Shown here: in pieces, positions 63,456-64,000 of the stretch | Layout of the letters: every line of letters starts with the position of its first letter | Position numbering within the stretch: the first letter of the stretch is position 1 | IMG/VR virus record: IMGVR_UViG_3300033463_000114 | Coordinates: 451 to 64,450 of that record | Origin: a virus | Lineage: Duplodnaviria; Caudoviricetes | DNA length: 64,000 nt | Reading direction: 5' to 3' (one strand) | Made by a program: the position numbers and the translations under genes | The notes under the pieces: generated by a model | Databases searched by the model: none | Seen by the model: the letters and a program-made list of their open reading frames with translations, nothing else | Told to the model about the DNA's origin: nothing

Positions 63456-64000
63456 TCTCTATACGCGCGCGCAAGACTTTTCACGCAAAATTTACATGAA
63501 TTCCCTGTGAACGCAGCTCTAATCGCGCGCGCGCACGCGTGAGGCCTTCACTAAATCACAAAAACGAAAATCAGATAACCGAGCCGCAGGACAGTCCGCA
63601 AGGCACAGCAAGGCCATAGCCAGAGACACCGCCCGCATAGCCAACAGACAGTCCACGGCCACCCGCAAGCCAAGCCAGCCACCAACCAGCCGCATCGACC
63701 CATGCACAGATCGCCGACATCCAGCCAAGCCACCCCAGCATCGAACCAGGCACTCGCGTTGCACACGCACACGCGCACGCGCGTAAGAGCCAAGACAAGC
63801 CGAGACAGGGCCAACCAGACTCGCCTCCGTTCAGACCTCCACACACACGAGGGGCCCCCATGACTGCCGCCGGCCCACGGGCCCGCGTGTGGGTGTCCTT
63901 CGTCCCCCATACCCGGCAGCGGCCGCCGTTTTTGACATTCTACCATGTCCGCGCCGTCGCTTTTCTTTTGTTTTTACGTGTTTTCGCCGCGTTTTGTGAG

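Larger units (their letters stand above)
1..64000. mobile_element. Temperate podovirus-like bacteriophage genome, near complete
   Basis: Full set of packaging, head, short-tail, ejection, replication and integrase modules; no host genes. Confidence 0.9.

Noticed and set aside
60498-63542. 1014-aa + strand ORF and other long antisense ORFs (e.g. 1938-3875, 58992-60305, 29638-30732)
   Set aside because: Shadow frames of real genes in high-GC DNA; Arg/Leu/Val-rich, no motifs, no RBS
63003-63946. ORFs in the terminal kilobase
   Set aside because: Low-complexity products of skewed DNA without RBS or motifs

Overview
The window looks like a nearly complete (~64 kb), high-GC, temperate podovirus-like (short-tailed) phage genome in its non-integrated gene order. 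The + strand arm (0.4-29.5 kb) carries small early genes, a MoxR-like AAA+/vWA-metallopeptidase pair, RHH-type regulators, an excisionase-like HTH protein, recombination/replication genes (RecT-like SSAP, Gam/gp157-like, ERCC4 nuclease, RecD2 helicase, primase-NTPase) and three DNA methyltransferases. The - strand arm (63-29.5 kb) carries terminase, portal, scaffold, P22-like coat, adaptors, tail fibre/RBP, an atypical lysis block, a split tail nozzle, ejection proteins including a 2954-aa LPD38-type protein, and a tyrosine integrase next to a likely attP. Best leads: a variant type II hammerhead ribozyme, plus a twice-repeated unknown RNA motif, among long hairpins that punctuate the early operon; a nozzle gene split by an Ig-like adhesin insertion; poly-G tracts in two of three methyltransferases; a Tad2 (DUF2829) anti-Thoeris gene; and a lysis region with a PLA2-like protein but no recognisable endolysin. 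No rRNA, tRNA, CRISPR array or reverse transcriptase was seen. All family assignments come from motif recognition by eye, not database searches. Several starts were trimmed from the ORF track to RBS-supported codons.
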